Part shown: in pieces, positions 8,889-18,475 of the stretch | How the letters are laid out: every line of letters starts with the position of its first letter | Numbering within the stretch: the first letter of the stretch is position 1 | DNA from: Myxococcota bacterium | Lineage (GTDB): Bacteria; Myxococcota_A; UBA9160; UBA4427 | Direction: 5' to 3' | DNA: 64,000 nucleotides | NCBI GenBank assembly: GCA_036336835.1 | Contig: JAYZFK010000046.1 | Location: forward strand, 32,001-96,000 | The notes under the pieces: generated by a model | Seen by the model: only the letters and a program-made list of their open reading frames with translations | What the model was told of the DNA's origin: nothing | Databases searched by the model: none | Translations under genes and position numbers: made by a program

Positions 8889-10202
8889 CGACAACGCAAG
8901 GTTGGCGAGCGTGCGCATCCCGGTGCGCAGCGTCGGCTCGGGCAGCGGTGCATAACGAGAAGAGTGGAGCGATGGCAGAGGATCTCCGTCGGGCTCCTCT
9001 GCGGCGGCGACCCTCGCCGGATCGACTGAGCCCAGCCGATACAGCAGCCCGGGGACGCCCAACACGCGCGAATAGCGTCCGAAGTCCTCGCCCCCCATCC
9101 CGGGCTCTCGCGGGATCACGTTCTCGTCGCCGATCAGCTCGGCAAAGATACGGCCCGCGGCGGACGCCAGCTCGGGATCGTTGTAGACCGCGGGCGTGTG
9201 TTCGTCCTTCAGCGTCACGCTCGGCGGCTTCGGACACTGGAACGTGCGACAGGTGTCGTCGGCGATCTGGCGAATGCCGTCGAGCAGCAACTCGCGGACT
9301 TCGTCCGAGTAGGAGCGCACCGTCAGCTGCAGCCGAACCTCGTCCGGGATCACGTTGTGCTTGCTGCCGCCGTGGAAAGAACCGACAGTCACGACGGCTG
9401 GATCGATCGCGCGCACGCGCCGGCTGACGAGCGTTTGCAGCGAGGTCACTAGGTGCGCGCCCGCGACGATGGGATCGATCGCCTGGTAGGGCCGGGCGCC
9501 GTGCCCCCCTCGCCCGTAGAGCGTGATGTCGACCGAATCGACGTTGGCGGCCGACCATCCCGGGCTGATGCCGACGGTTCCCGCCGCCATGTCGCCGTCG
9601 ACGTGCAGCGCAATCGCGTACTCGGGGCGCGGAAACTTCTCGAACAGTCCGTCCTCGATCATCGCGAGCGCGCCCTGGCCGATCTCCTCGGCGGGCTGGG
9701 CGATCGCGACCAGCGTGCCGCGCCAGCGGTCGCGCAGCGCCGCCAGTAGCCGCGCGGTCCCGATCAGGTTCGAGGTGTGCACATCGTGGCCGCAGGCGTG
9801 CATCACACCCACGTCGCTGCCGTCGGGGCGCTTCGCCTGGACCCGGCTCGCGTAGTCGAGCCCAGTCGCCTCGGTAACCGGCAGAGCATCCATGTCGCCG
9901 CGCATCAGGACGACCGGCCCTTCGCCGTTGCGAAGCACGCCGACCACGCCCGTGCCGCCGACGTTCGAGGTCACCTCGTAGCCCGCTGCCTCGAGCGCGC
10001 GTGCCACCCTCGCCGCCGTCTCGTGCTCGTCGAGCGAGAGCTCGGGGTTCGCGTGCAGCTCGCGGTACAGCGCGACCACGCCGGCCAGCTCGCGATCGAT
10101 CCAGGCATCCGCCGCCTCGTTGGCCGAGCGCGGCTTCTGCCCTGCGACCGGAGCAGCCGCGAACATGGCGACGAGAAGCAGACCGACCATTCGAGTGACC
10201 AC
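8865..10202 (-). CDS. M20D amidohydrolase with signal peptide
   Basis: Motifs LHANPELS, RGDMDALP, MHACGHDVH, QPAEE, GGHG, GGEDF. Start is 10202 or 10190. Confidence 0.92.
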   Translation of the reverse strand: MVTRMVGLLLVAMFAAAPVAGQKPRSANEAADAWIDRELAGVVALYRELHANPELSLDEHETAARVARALEAAGYEVTSNVGGTGVVGVLRNGEGPVVLMRGDMDALPVTEATGLDYASRVQAKRPDGSDVGVMHACGHDVHTSNLIGTARLLAALRDRWRGTLVAIAQPAEEIGQGALAMIEDGLFEKFPRPEYAIALHVDGDMAAGTVGISPGWSAANVDSVDITLYGRGGHGARPYQAIDPIVAGAHLVTSLQTLVSRRVRAIDPAVVTVGSFHGGSKHNVIPDEVRLQLTVRSYSDEVRELLLDGIRQIADDTCRTFQCPKPPSVTLKDEHTPAVYNDPELASAAGRIFAELIGDENVIPREPGMGGEDFGRYSRVLGVPGLLYRLGSVDPARVAAAEEPDGDPLPSLHSSRYAPLPEPTLRTGMRTLANLALSLLEPAGN

Positions 10203-10205
10203 GGC

Positions 10206-11159
10206 TCAGACCTTCGCATGCCGGGCCAGGGAGCCCAGGATCTCGCGCAGCTCTCGCACGCAGTCGTGCAGGATCTCGCGGACGGGAACCACGCTCTCGA
10301 TCCGACCGGTCACTTGACCGGACAGCGCGATCGAGGCCTCCATGTCGCCGCCGAAGTAGAGGTCGAGCACCTTGCCAAGAACGTCGAGCTGCACCGAATC
10401 CTGGCGCTCGAGGTCCTCGCTGAAGCTGGTGCGCAGCGCTCGCAGCCCTGGGCGCCCGAAGCGGTTGATGAACACCGTGTCGGTCTCGCCGGAGTCGATG
10501 ATCTTCTGCTTGAAGTTGTGGTGGACCGGCGATTCGGCCGCCGACACCATGCGCGTGCCCATCTGGACCCCCTCGGCCCCTAGCGCAAAGGCGGCGGCCA
10601 TCGAGCGACCGTCCAGCATGCCACCGGCGGCGATCACAGGGACGTCGAGCTTCGTGCACACCAGCGGAAGCAGCACCATCGACGCGACGTCTCGCGGATT
10701 TTTGAAGCCACCGCCCTCGCCGCCCTCGACCACCAGCCCGTCGACGCCCGCCGCAACCGCCTTCCGAGCCGCGCGCAACGTCGGTACGACGTGGAATACC
10801 GTGAGACCCGCCGCCTTGAGCTGGGCCGTGTACTTCGTCGGATCGCCAGCCGACGTGGTGACGAAGCGCACGCCATTGTCGATCACGAAGTCGACGATGC
10901 TCGGGTCGCGCACGAACAGCTGCGCGATGTTCACACCGAACGGCTTGTCGGTGAGATCGCGCATCTTGCGAATCTCCTCGCGCACGGCGTCGAGCTCGCC
11001 CGAAGACGTCTCGATGATGCCGAGGCCGCCGGCGTTCGATACCGCAGAGGCGAGCTGAGCGCGCGCGATCCAGCCCATCGGCGCCTGCACGATCGGGTAG
11101 TCGACGCCGAGCAAACGGGTGATGCGGGTATCGAGGGGCGGCGGTGCGGTATTGCTCAT
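10206..11159 (-). CDS. nitronate monooxygenase / FabK-like flavoprotein
   Basis: Motifs YPIVQAPM, AVSNAGGLG, PFGVN, VEGGEGGG, PVIAAGG, GVQMGTR. Confidence 0.9.
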   Translation of the reverse strand: MSNTAPPPLDTRITRLLGVDYPIVQAPMGWIARAQLASAVSNAGGLGIIETSSGELDAVREEIRKMRDLTDKPFGVNIAQLFVRDPSIVDFVIDNGVRFVTTSAGDPTKYTAQLKAAGLTVFHVVPTLRAARKAVAAGVDGLVVEGGEGGGFKNPRDVASMVLLPLVCTKLDVPVIAAGGMLDGRSMAAAFALGAEGVQMGTRMVSAAESPVHHNFKQKIIDSGETDTVFINRFGRPGLRALRTSFSEDLERQDSVQLDVLGKVLDLYFGGDMEASIALSGQVTGRIESVVPVREILHDCVRELREILGSLARHAKV

Positions 11160-12856
11160 TGCTCAGACTCTACCGCCTCGAGCGGCGTCACCAGCCTGCG
11201 AATCCGCAGCACGCTGCCGTCCGCGCGCCGAGCCTCGACGACGAGCGTGTGCTCGCCCGATCCGAGCGCTGAGGCGTCGTAGTGAGCCGCCGCGAAGTAG
11301 GGGCTCCAGTGCTCGATCGCCAGCGGCCGGCCGTCGAGCCGGATGTGGAGCCCGACGAAGGGGCCAGCGACACCCACGGCCGCCACCACGACGCGCCGGG
11401 AGCCGCCCGGCCCAATCGGCGCGGTGCGACGCGGCGCGGTCGCATGGAGCGCGCGCTCGCTCGGCGGATCGACGAAACCGAGAACCGGCTCGCTGGTGGG
11501 CTTCCAGACCGAGTACAGCTCGCCGTCGCGCACCTGCACCAGGCGATAGCCGCGCGCAAAGGCATCCGATGGAAAGGACCAGCGCATGCCGGAGAGTGCG
11601 CCCGTTGTGATGTGCTGGGTCGCCTGCGACTCGGACAGTCCGTTCACGTGCAGATGGCCCGCGAGCGTCCAGCGTACGCCCGCCTGCTCGAGCTGCTCGG
11701 TCACCTTCCGATCGACGAGCGAGACGGCTCGCACCACTCGCGACCACTCCGGATCGTCGCTGAACGGCTCGTGATTGAGCACGACGGTCGGTCGGCCCGC
11801 GTGTTGTTTCAGGTCGGCTTCGAGCCAGGCACGAACGCCCTCGTCGAGCGTGCGGAAGCTCCAGTCTTCACCGTCGCGATCGACGAGCACATGCGTATCG
11901 AGCGCGATGAAATGCAGGTCTCCGCGGTCGAAGGAGTAGTGCGTCGGGCCGAAGTGGGCGCGGAATAGCGCCTTGCCGTAGCCACGGTCGCCCGGCACAA
12001 GATCCTCGTTGTCGCTGCCGGCGATCTCGTTGTTGCCAATCGTGTCGTAGAAGCGAAGGCCTGTTGCGCGCGTCTGCCGTCGGTAGAAGGTCATCCAGCG
12101 ATCGACCGTCGCTGCGTCGGCCTCGTTGCTCTCGAGCACCAGATCCCCGGTGCTGACGACGAACCGCGGGGCCAGCGAGCGCAGCTCGTCGAGCGACACC
12201 TCGAAGTCACCCACCGGGTCGATCGGCGGTCGCTCGTCGTCATCGCTCATCTGCGACAGCAACTCCACCCACTCGCCCATCACGCTCGCATCGCTCCAAC
12301 CGGAAACGTCGCGATGCTGCGAGACGACGCTCCGCATCGCGCGCGCCACGTCCCGCTTCGAGTAGTCCGGATCCTGGAATCGCAGCATCCACTGCACCGC
12401 CTTGCCGCGGAGCCATCGCGGCAGCACGACGATCGCGGACGGCACTGCGAACTTGGCGTAGTCGGCGACCCGGTCGGAGATGTGAACGTCGGAGACGTGA
12501 GCGAACACGAAGCTCGAGCCATCTGCCGTCCGCGGAACCAGGGCGAAGTCGCCGGGATCGGCCCGATACCAGCGCTCACAGTCGTAGCCAGACGGTCGGG
12601 TCAGCACCACGAAGCCGGCCGAGCCACCGTCGGGCTGCCCGACGTCGGGAGACCCGGAGGCGGGAAGCTCATAGCGACCTTGCGTATCGGTCTCGACCAG
12701 CGTGGCGCCCCGCGCGACGACCACCCCGGCCAGGCCGCGCTCGCCGTCCTGACGGACACCGTCCGCGTTGCGATCCTCGAAGACGAAGCCGGCGCGTGCT
12801 GCTGCCGGCGTGGCCGTCAGCAGGCTCGCCACGAGCGGCGCGAGCAGCCGGATCAC
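11156..12856 (-). CDS. secreted calcineurin-like metallophosphoesterase with N-terminal SdrB/MetallophosN-like domain
   Basis: GTG start overlaps the upstream stop (GTGA). Signal peptide, GFVFEDRNADG..GERGLAGV, then SDVH, GDLV, GNNE, HEP, GHLH motifs. Confidence 0.82.
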   Translation of the reverse strand: MIRLLAPLVASLLTATPAAARAGFVFEDRNADGVRQDGERGLAGVVVARGATLVETDTQGRYELPASGSPDVGQPDGGSAGFVVLTRPSGYDCERWYRADPGDFALVPRTADGSSFVFAHVSDVHISDRVADYAKFAVPSAIVVLPRWLRGKAVQWMLRFQDPDYSKRDVARAMRSVVSQHRDVSGWSDASVMGEWVELLSQMSDDDERPPIDPVGDFEVSLDELRSLAPRFVVSTGDLVLESNEADAATVDRWMTFYRRQTRATGLRFYDTIGNNEIAGSDNEDLVPGDRGYGKALFRAHFGPTHYSFDRGDLHFIALDTHVLVDRDGEDWSFRTLDEGVRAWLEADLKQHAGRPTVVLNHEPFSDDPEWSRVVRAVSLVDRKVTEQLEQAGVRWTLAGHLHVNGLSESQATQHITTGALSGMRWSFPSDAFARGYRLVQVRDGELYSVWKPTSEPVLGFVDPPSERALHATAPRRTAPIGPGGSRRVVVAAVGVAGPFVGLHIRLDGRPLAIEHWSPYFAAAHYDASALGSGEHTLVVEARRADGSVLRIRRLVTPLEAVESEQ

Positions 12857-15558
12857 GACGCAGCCGCTCGCGCCTGCGCAAAGAAGTCGAGCGCGCTCGC
12901 TCGCTGGTACTCGCTGCGCACTGCGCACAGACGCACTCGTTCGAGCACGCTCGCCAGGCGGCGCGGACCGCCCGGGAACCGCTCGACCCGCCCGCCCATC
13001 CATACCTCGATCTCGTCGGCGGTCTCGAGCGAGCAGAATCCACTGACCGTCCGCAGCAGACCCGTCGCCCGAGGCAGCGTGACTGCCTCGATGATCGCGT
13101 CCTCGTGCTGCCGCACCCAGTCGAATACGTCCCGGCGCGCGGACCGTTCGGCTTGCCGCGCCTGCGTCGAAAGCACCGACAGGCGTTCGTTCGTGCGGAT
13201 TCGCGGGTCGAAGACGAGCGAACGAGCCCGCAGCACGAGCTGCGGGTCCCGGGCGTGGGCCAGTGCACGGAGCATCCGACCACGCACGATCGAATCCTCG
13301 CTCGCAAACAGGTGGGACCAGGCCGCGTCGAACTCCTCTTCACCCCCGTCCTCGACGGCAATGCGCGCCACCAGGGCGAGCAGCTCGGAAGACGCCGCGG
13401 TGGGATCGGGCTCCCCGGGCGGAGCCAGCAAATGCCTGCGTCCGCGATCGAGGGCCTGCTTGCGCAGCTCCGCGTCGCGACCGGTCACGGCGACAGCTCC
13501 GACCAGTGCGGCGCGCAGCAGCTTGCGTTCACCGTCGTCGCCCTCGACATCATCGAAGCCCAGGGCGCGGGCGCGCTGGCCGTAGAGTGCGCGCACGTAG
13601 CGCTCGACACTCGCCCGCTCGAGCTCCGTCGTCGCGAGATGTCTGCGCGCCTCGCGCAGCAGGCGCAGCGGCGCCGTGGCAACGGGCCGTGCCGGGTCGT
13701 TTGCCAGCTTGCTGAGCGACGTCAGGACTTCGGCAGCCGGCATGGCTCCCGCTCGATACGCCGCATCCAGCGCATCCGCGACCGACATCCGCTCGAGCAC
13801 CGAGAGCTGGGACCAGCCGCCGTCGAGCAGCGCCGCCAATCTGTCGGCCGGAAGCGACCAGCGGTAGTAGCCGGTCGCGCCGGGGTTCGGATGGAGCCAG
13901 GCACGACAGCGATCCTCGACCACGATCCCGCCGGGGGCGTCCAGCAGCGTGCAGTCGCTGCGGCCGGCTGGACACACAGGGACGCCCCATACGCGGTCGG
14001 GATCGAGGGTCGAGCCGAGCGGTACGTAGCGCGACTGCGCAACACGCCACTCGAAGAGCTCGCTCCCCGGCGCGTCGATCGGTCCGACGCAGCGGACTTC
14101 GACGGCGAGCATCGGGAGGCCGGCCTGGTCGAGGAAGCTGCCCATCGCCTTCGCCAGCGGCTCGCCGAGCTCGACTTCGATTGCCGCCAGGAAGTCGTCG
14201 CTGGTGGCGGTTCCGGCCGCGTGGCGGGCGAGGTATGCGCGCACCACGTCGCGGAAGGTCTCCTCTCCCGCCGCGGCCTCGAACATCGCCAGCACGGCAC
14301 CGCCCTTCTGATAGGTGATGGGGTCGAAGGCGTTGCGGATGTCGTGGCTCGAGTGGATCGGCTCCCGGATGCGGCGTGCCGTCGCCAACGAGTCCGCCCG
14401 CATCGCGGCATGGGTCGACCCGATCCGGCGCAGATCGCTTCGATGCTCGGGGTACAGCTGGTCGATCGTCTTCGCCGCGAGCCAGGTTGCGAACGATTCG
14501 TTCAGCCAGATGTCGTCCCACCACGGCATCGTGACCAGATTTCCGAACCACATGTGCACCAGCTCGTGCGCCATTACGCTGGCAAAGGCGCGACGCTGGC
14601 GCACTGGCGCGGTCTCGGGATCGACCAGCAGCAGGCCGTCGCGAAACATCACCAGGCCGACGTTCTCCATCGCGCCAGCGGCGAAATCCGGTACCGCCAC
14701 GACGTCGAGCTTGGCGAATGGATAAGCCGAGCCGGTATAGGCTTCGATCGCCTCCAGGATCGCGGGAGTCGCTGCGAGTGCGAAGGCCAGCTCGCCGCCG
14801 CGCCCGCGCGGCGCGACACCGCGCAGCGGCACGGGGTGCGCCCGAACGGCGCCCGGCGGGATCGGCGGCGCCTCGACGACGTCCAGCGGGCCCACCGCCC
14901 ACGCCATCAGATAGGTCGGAAGCGGCGGCGTGCGCGCAAAGACGCGGCGCACGCGTCCGTCTTCGAGACTCTGCGTCTCGACCTCGGGTGTGTTGCCGAT
15001 CGCGGTCACATCCGGCGGGACGATGAGACTCACGTCGAAGGGCACCTTGAACGCGGGCTCGTCGAAGCCCGGGAAGGCGCGACGCGCGTCGATCGGCTCC
15101 AGCTGCGTAAAAGCGTAGGTGTCCCCGCCGCGTTCAACGCGGTAGAGGCCTCGCAGTCCCGGCGAGAAGGCGGCATCCCACGCGAGCACGAGACGCGCAC
15201 GACCAGGGCCGATCGACTCGCCGAGTCGGAGCGCGGCAACGCCCGTCGGATCCGCGTCCTCGAAGGCCACCGCAACGCGTCGTCCGTCCTCGAGCTCGGC
15301 GTACGCGGTGCTCACCGCGAGGTCGAGCGCGTGCAGCCAGACGACTGAGCGCGCGCGATCGAGCTCGATCTCGATCTCGACGCGACCGGCGAAGCGCGGC
15401 TTCGCCGGATCGATCTCGAGCTCGAGTCGGTAGCCGAGCGGCCGCGTGTCGACGGGCAGCCGCCCGGTCGGCGCGGGCTCGCGCTGCGCCGGAGACGCAC
15501 AGGACACGAGCAGGCACAGAGCGGTCAGACCGGCGCGTGCCCCTTGCTCACGGTCCAT
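12853..15558 (-). CDS. M1 family aminopeptidase with ERAP1-like C-terminus, predicted lipoprotein
   Basis: GAMEN motif, zinc motif HELVH-x18-E (WLNESFA), ARRAFPGFDEP, YQKGG. Lipobox LVS-C. Confidence 0.93.
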   Translation of the reverse strand: MDREQGARAGLTALCLLVSCASPAQREPAPTGRLPVDTRPLGYRLELEIDPAKPRFAGRVEIEIELDRARSVVWLHALDLAVSTAYAELEDGRRVAVAFEDADPTGVAALRLGESIGPGRARLVLAWDAAFSPGLRGLYRVERGGDTYAFTQLEPIDARRAFPGFDEPAFKVPFDVSLIVPPDVTAIGNTPEVETQSLEDGRVRRVFARTPPLPTYLMAWAVGPLDVVEAPPIPPGAVRAHPVPLRGVAPRGRGGELAFALAATPAILEAIEAYTGSAYPFAKLDVVAVPDFAAGAMENVGLVMFRDGLLLVDPETAPVRQRRAFASVMAHELVHMWFGNLVTMPWWDDIWLNESFATWLAAKTIDQLYPEHRSDLRRIGSTHAAMRADSLATARRIREPIHSSHDIRNAFDPITYQKGGAVLAMFEAAAGEETFRDVVRAYLARHAAGTATSDDFLAAIEVELGEPLAKAMGSFLDQAGLPMLAVEVRCVGPIDAPGSELFEWRVAQSRYVPLGSTLDPDRVWGVPVCPAGRSDCTLLDAPGGIVVEDRCRAWLHPNPGATGYYRWSLPADRLAALLDGGWSQLSVLERMSVADALDAAYRAGAMPAAEVLTSLSKLANDPARPVATAPLRLLREARRHLATTELERASVERYVRALYGQRARALGFDDVEGDDGERKLLRAALVGAVAVTGRDAELRKQALDRGRRHLLAPPGEPDPTAASSELLALVARIAVEDGGEEEFDAAWSHLFASEDSIVRGRMLRALAHARDPQLVLRARSLVFDPRIRTNERLSVLSTQARQAERSARRDVFDWVRQHEDAIIEAVTLPRATGLLRTVSGFCSLETADEIEVWMGGRVERFPGGPRRLASVLERVRLCAVRSEYQRASALDFFAQARAAAS

Positions 15559-15985
15559 CGCCGGGATCCGCAGCGAGCCGACTCGATGCGATGTAAATCC
15601 ACGCGCCGAGCTGGCCGAACACGGCAATTCCCGCGTAGTCCCAAGCGAGATCCTCGAGGTCGAAGGAGCGATGACGCACGGCGAGCTGCGAGAACTCTTC
15701 GAGCGTGCCCAGCAGCACGACCAGCACGCTGCCCTTCTGGATGGCCAGCGGTCCGAGTCGCCAGTGCGCAGCGCGCAACGAAAGATTCAGCAGCAGCGCC
15801 ATGGTCCCCCCCAGGACGAAGTGCACGGTCTTGTCACCGCCGGGAACCGAGCGGACGACGGAGAGCAGCTGGGGAATGGCCCGCCCGCTATTGGCGACCA
15901 CGATCAAACCGATCAGGAACAGACCGTACGCGGCCGTCAGCAGCAGGAGCCGTCGATCTAGCCCCTCCACTCTCGAGTTCGCCAC
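15548..15985 (-). CDS. VanZ family membrane protein
   Basis: Motifs DKTVHF, EEFSQ..RSFDLED. Multiple hydrophobic helices. Confidence 0.8.
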   Translation of the reverse strand: MANSRVEGLDRRLLLLTAAYGLFLIGLIVVANSGRAIPQLLSVVRSVPGGDKTVHFVLGGTMALLLNLSLRAAHWRLGPLAIQKGSVLVVLLGTLEEFSQLAVRHRSFDLEDLAWDYAGIAVFGQLGAWIYIASSRLAADPGDGP

Positions 15986-16080
15986 CTGCCCCCCCTTGAC
16001 CCTGCGAGGCCTGGGCTCCGCCGATCGGATGCCGGAGCATACCGCGCCAGACCGCGCGGGGACGGGAGTAGAATCGACCC

Positions 16081-18429
16081 ATGCCGCGCGGCTTCATCCT
16101 CCAGCCGACGTATCGGGTGCGGCGAGGCATCCCGGTGGTCCAGCTGTTCGGACGCCTCGAAGGCGGCGGCTCCTTCCTCGTGGAGGACGATCGCTATCGT
16201 CCTTACTTCTTCATCGCCGACCAGCATCGCGAGGCGCTGCGCGACGAACCCGAGATCGTCTGCGAGCCCACACGTCTGCACGATCTCGCGGGTCGGCGGG
16301 TGGCGCGCGTCACCGTGGGGGTCCCGGCCAAGCTGCCGCCACTGCGCGACCGGCTGATCGCCCGCGGCTGCGCGACATACGAGGCAGACGTCCGCTTCCC
16401 CTATCGATTCCTGATCGACCTGCGCGTACGGGGCGGAATCGAAATCACGGGCGACACCCGAACGCTCGACGGCGGTCTCCAGCTCTTCCGCAATCCACGG
16501 CTGGCTCCGGCGCACGACGTCCGGGTCGAGCTCTCGGTTCTGTCGCTCGACCTCGAGACGACGCTGGACGCCGGCACGATCACATGCGCTGCTCTGGTTT
16601 CGGGCGACGGCCACGAGGAAGCACACCTGCTCGCCGCCAGGCCGCCCGAGGGCCGCCCGGTACGCGCACACGCCGATGAGCGGAGCCTGGTCGAGGCGCT
16701 CGTCACGCGCATCCGCGAGCTCGATCCCGACGTGCTCGTGGGCTGGAATGTGATCGACTTCGATCTACAGGTGCTGGCGCGCCGCTGCGAAGCACTCGGT
16801 GTCGAGTGCGAGCTCGGACGCATCCCCGGCACGATCGGCTTCCGCCAGGACGCCAACTTCACGCGCGACGGACGAGCGGACATCCCGGGACGCATGGTGC
16901 TCGACGGCATCCCACTGGTGCGCGACGCGATCCGTCTCGAGGACTATCGCCTCGAGACGGTCGCCCGACACCTTCTCGGGCGCGGCAAGCTGATCGAAGA
17001 GCACGGTGCGGGGCGAGGCGACGAGATCCAGCGGCTGTACCGCGAGGACCCGGGTGCGCTGGTCGACTACAACATCGAGGACGCGCGGCTGGTGATCGAG
17101 ATCCTGCAGCAGGAGGGCTTGCTCGACCTCACGCTCGAGCGCTCGTTGCTATCGGGCATGCAGCTCGATCGCGTCGGCGCGAGCATCGCCTCGTTCGACC
17201 TCGTGTACCTGCCGGTGCTGCGCGAGCACGGGTTCGTGGCGCCGAGCGTCGACCGCGAGCGAAAACAGGCTCCAGTGCGCGGCGGCGCCGTCCTCGCCAG
17301 CGTGCACGGACTGTTCCGAAACGTCGCGGTGTTCGACTTCAAGAGCCTGTACCCGAGCCTGATCCGAACCTTCCAGCTCGACCCGCTCGCTCATGCACTG
17401 GCCGACCAGCACGATCCAGCCAATGGAAGCGACCCTCCGATCGTCGCTCCCAACGGCGCCCGCTTCGCGCGCGAGCGCGCGATCCTGCCCGAGATCATCC
17501 AGTCGTTCGCCGCGCGACGCGAGGCGGCCAAGGCGCGCGGCGACCGCCACGCCGATCAGGCGATCAAGCTCATGATGAACTCGATGTTCGGCGTGTTGGG
17601 GTCAGCGTCGTGTCGCTTCTTCGATCCCGACGTCGCGAACGCGATCACGAGCTTCGGACAGCAAATGCTTTCGTGGACGCGCGAAATCGTCGAGGCGCGT
17701 GGCCTGCGCGTGCTGTACGGCGACACCGATTCGATCTTCGTCGAGCTGAGCGCGCCCCACGCCGAGCCGGAGGCCGCGCACGATGAGGCGGAGGCGCTGC
17801 GACGCTTCGCCGAGGCGGCGGTCGAGGAGCGCATCCGCGATCACTACGCGGCCGAGTCACAGCTGGTGCTCGAGCTCGAGTACGTATACGAGCGCTTCTT
17901 CCTGCCGCAGGTGCGCGGCGGACGGGGAGGCAGCAAGAAGCGCTATGCCGGCAGCATCGGCGGTCAGCTGGAGCTGGTCGGGCTCGAGTCCGTGCGTCGC
18001 GACTGGCCGCGACTCGCTGGGCGCCTGCAGCAGGGCCTGCTCGAGCGGCTGTTCCGCGACGAGGACCCGCTTCCGTTCGCCCGCGAGCTGGCGGACCAGC
18101 TGCGCGGCGGATCGCTAGACGAGGAGCTCATCTACACCAAGCGCCTTCGCAAAGGATCGCTCGAGCGCTACACGGCCGCGACGCCGCCCCACGTGCAGGC
18201 GGCGCGCAAGCTCAGCGAGCGCGGCGGGGTTCCGGGGGGCGTGATCCGCTACGTCGTCACGCAGCGGGGTCCGGAGCCGATCGCCCCCGGCGACCCGATC
18301 CCCGCGGACATCGACCGCACGCACTACCTCGAGAAGGTAATGAGACCCGTCGCGGATGCGATCCTGCTCGAGGTCGAGCAGAGCTTTGGCGACGCACTCG
18401 GCGAGGCGAAGCAGCTGAGCCTGCTGTGA
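16081..18429 (+). CDS. polB: DNA polymerase II (family B)
   Basis: Exonuclease motifs DLET, GWNVIDFD, YNIED. Polymerase motifs DFKSLYPS, KLMMNSMFG, YGDTDS, KKRY. C-terminal clamp-binding motif QLSLL. Confidence 0.95.
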   Translation: MPRGFILQPTYRVRRGIPVVQLFGRLEGGGSFLVEDDRYRPYFFIADQHREALRDEPEIVCEPTRLHDLAGRRVARVTVGVPAKLPPLRDRLIARGCATYEADVRFPYRFLIDLRVRGGIEITGDTRTLDGGLQLFRNPRLAPAHDVRVELSVLSLDLETTLDAGTITCAALVSGDGHEEAHLLAARPPEGRPVRAHADERSLVEALVTRIRELDPDVLVGWNVIDFDLQVLARRCEALGVECELGRIPGTIGFRQDANFTRDGRADIPGRMVLDGIPLVRDAIRLEDYRLETVARHLLGRGKLIEEHGAGRGDEIQRLYREDPGALVDYNIEDARLVIEILQQEGLLDLTLERSLLSGMQLDRVGASIASFDLVYLPVLREHGFVAPSVDRERKQAPVRGGAVLASVHGLFRNVAVFDFKSLYPSLIRTFQLDPLAHALADQHDPANGSDPPIVAPNGARFARERAILPEIIQSFAARREAAKARGDRHADQAIKLMMNSMFGVLGSASCRFFDPDVANAITSFGQQMLSWTREIVEARGLRVLYGDTDSIFVELSAPHAEPEAAHDEAEALRRFAEAAVEERIRDHYAAESQLVLELEYVYERFFLPQVRGGRGGSKKRYAGSIGGQLELVGLESVRRDWPRLAGRLQQGLLERLFRDEDPLPFARELADQLRGGSLDEELIYTKRLRKGSLERYTAATPPHVQAARKLSERGGVPGGVIRYVVTQRGPEPIAPGDPIPADIDRTHYLEKVMRPVADAILLEVEQSFGDALGEAKQLSLL

Positions 18430-18475
18430 GCTCGCTTCCAGCGTCGCGCGCGCGGCCTGTCCTATCGTCAGGAGG

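Noticed and set aside
12796..15348. 850-aa plus-strand ORF and many other long antisense or alternate-frame ORFs (for example 819-2270, 8434-10659, 25728-27536, 56611-58743)
   Set aside because: They are shadows of well-supported genes. High GC suppresses stop codons, and the translations are Arg/Ala/Pro-rich with no motifs.
16081..18429. Family B polymerase as a marker of a prophage, casposon or pipolin
   Set aside because: It has typical Pol II motifs with a clamp-binding tail and is flanked by ordinary chromosomal genes. No integrase, cas1, terminal repeats or compositional shift.
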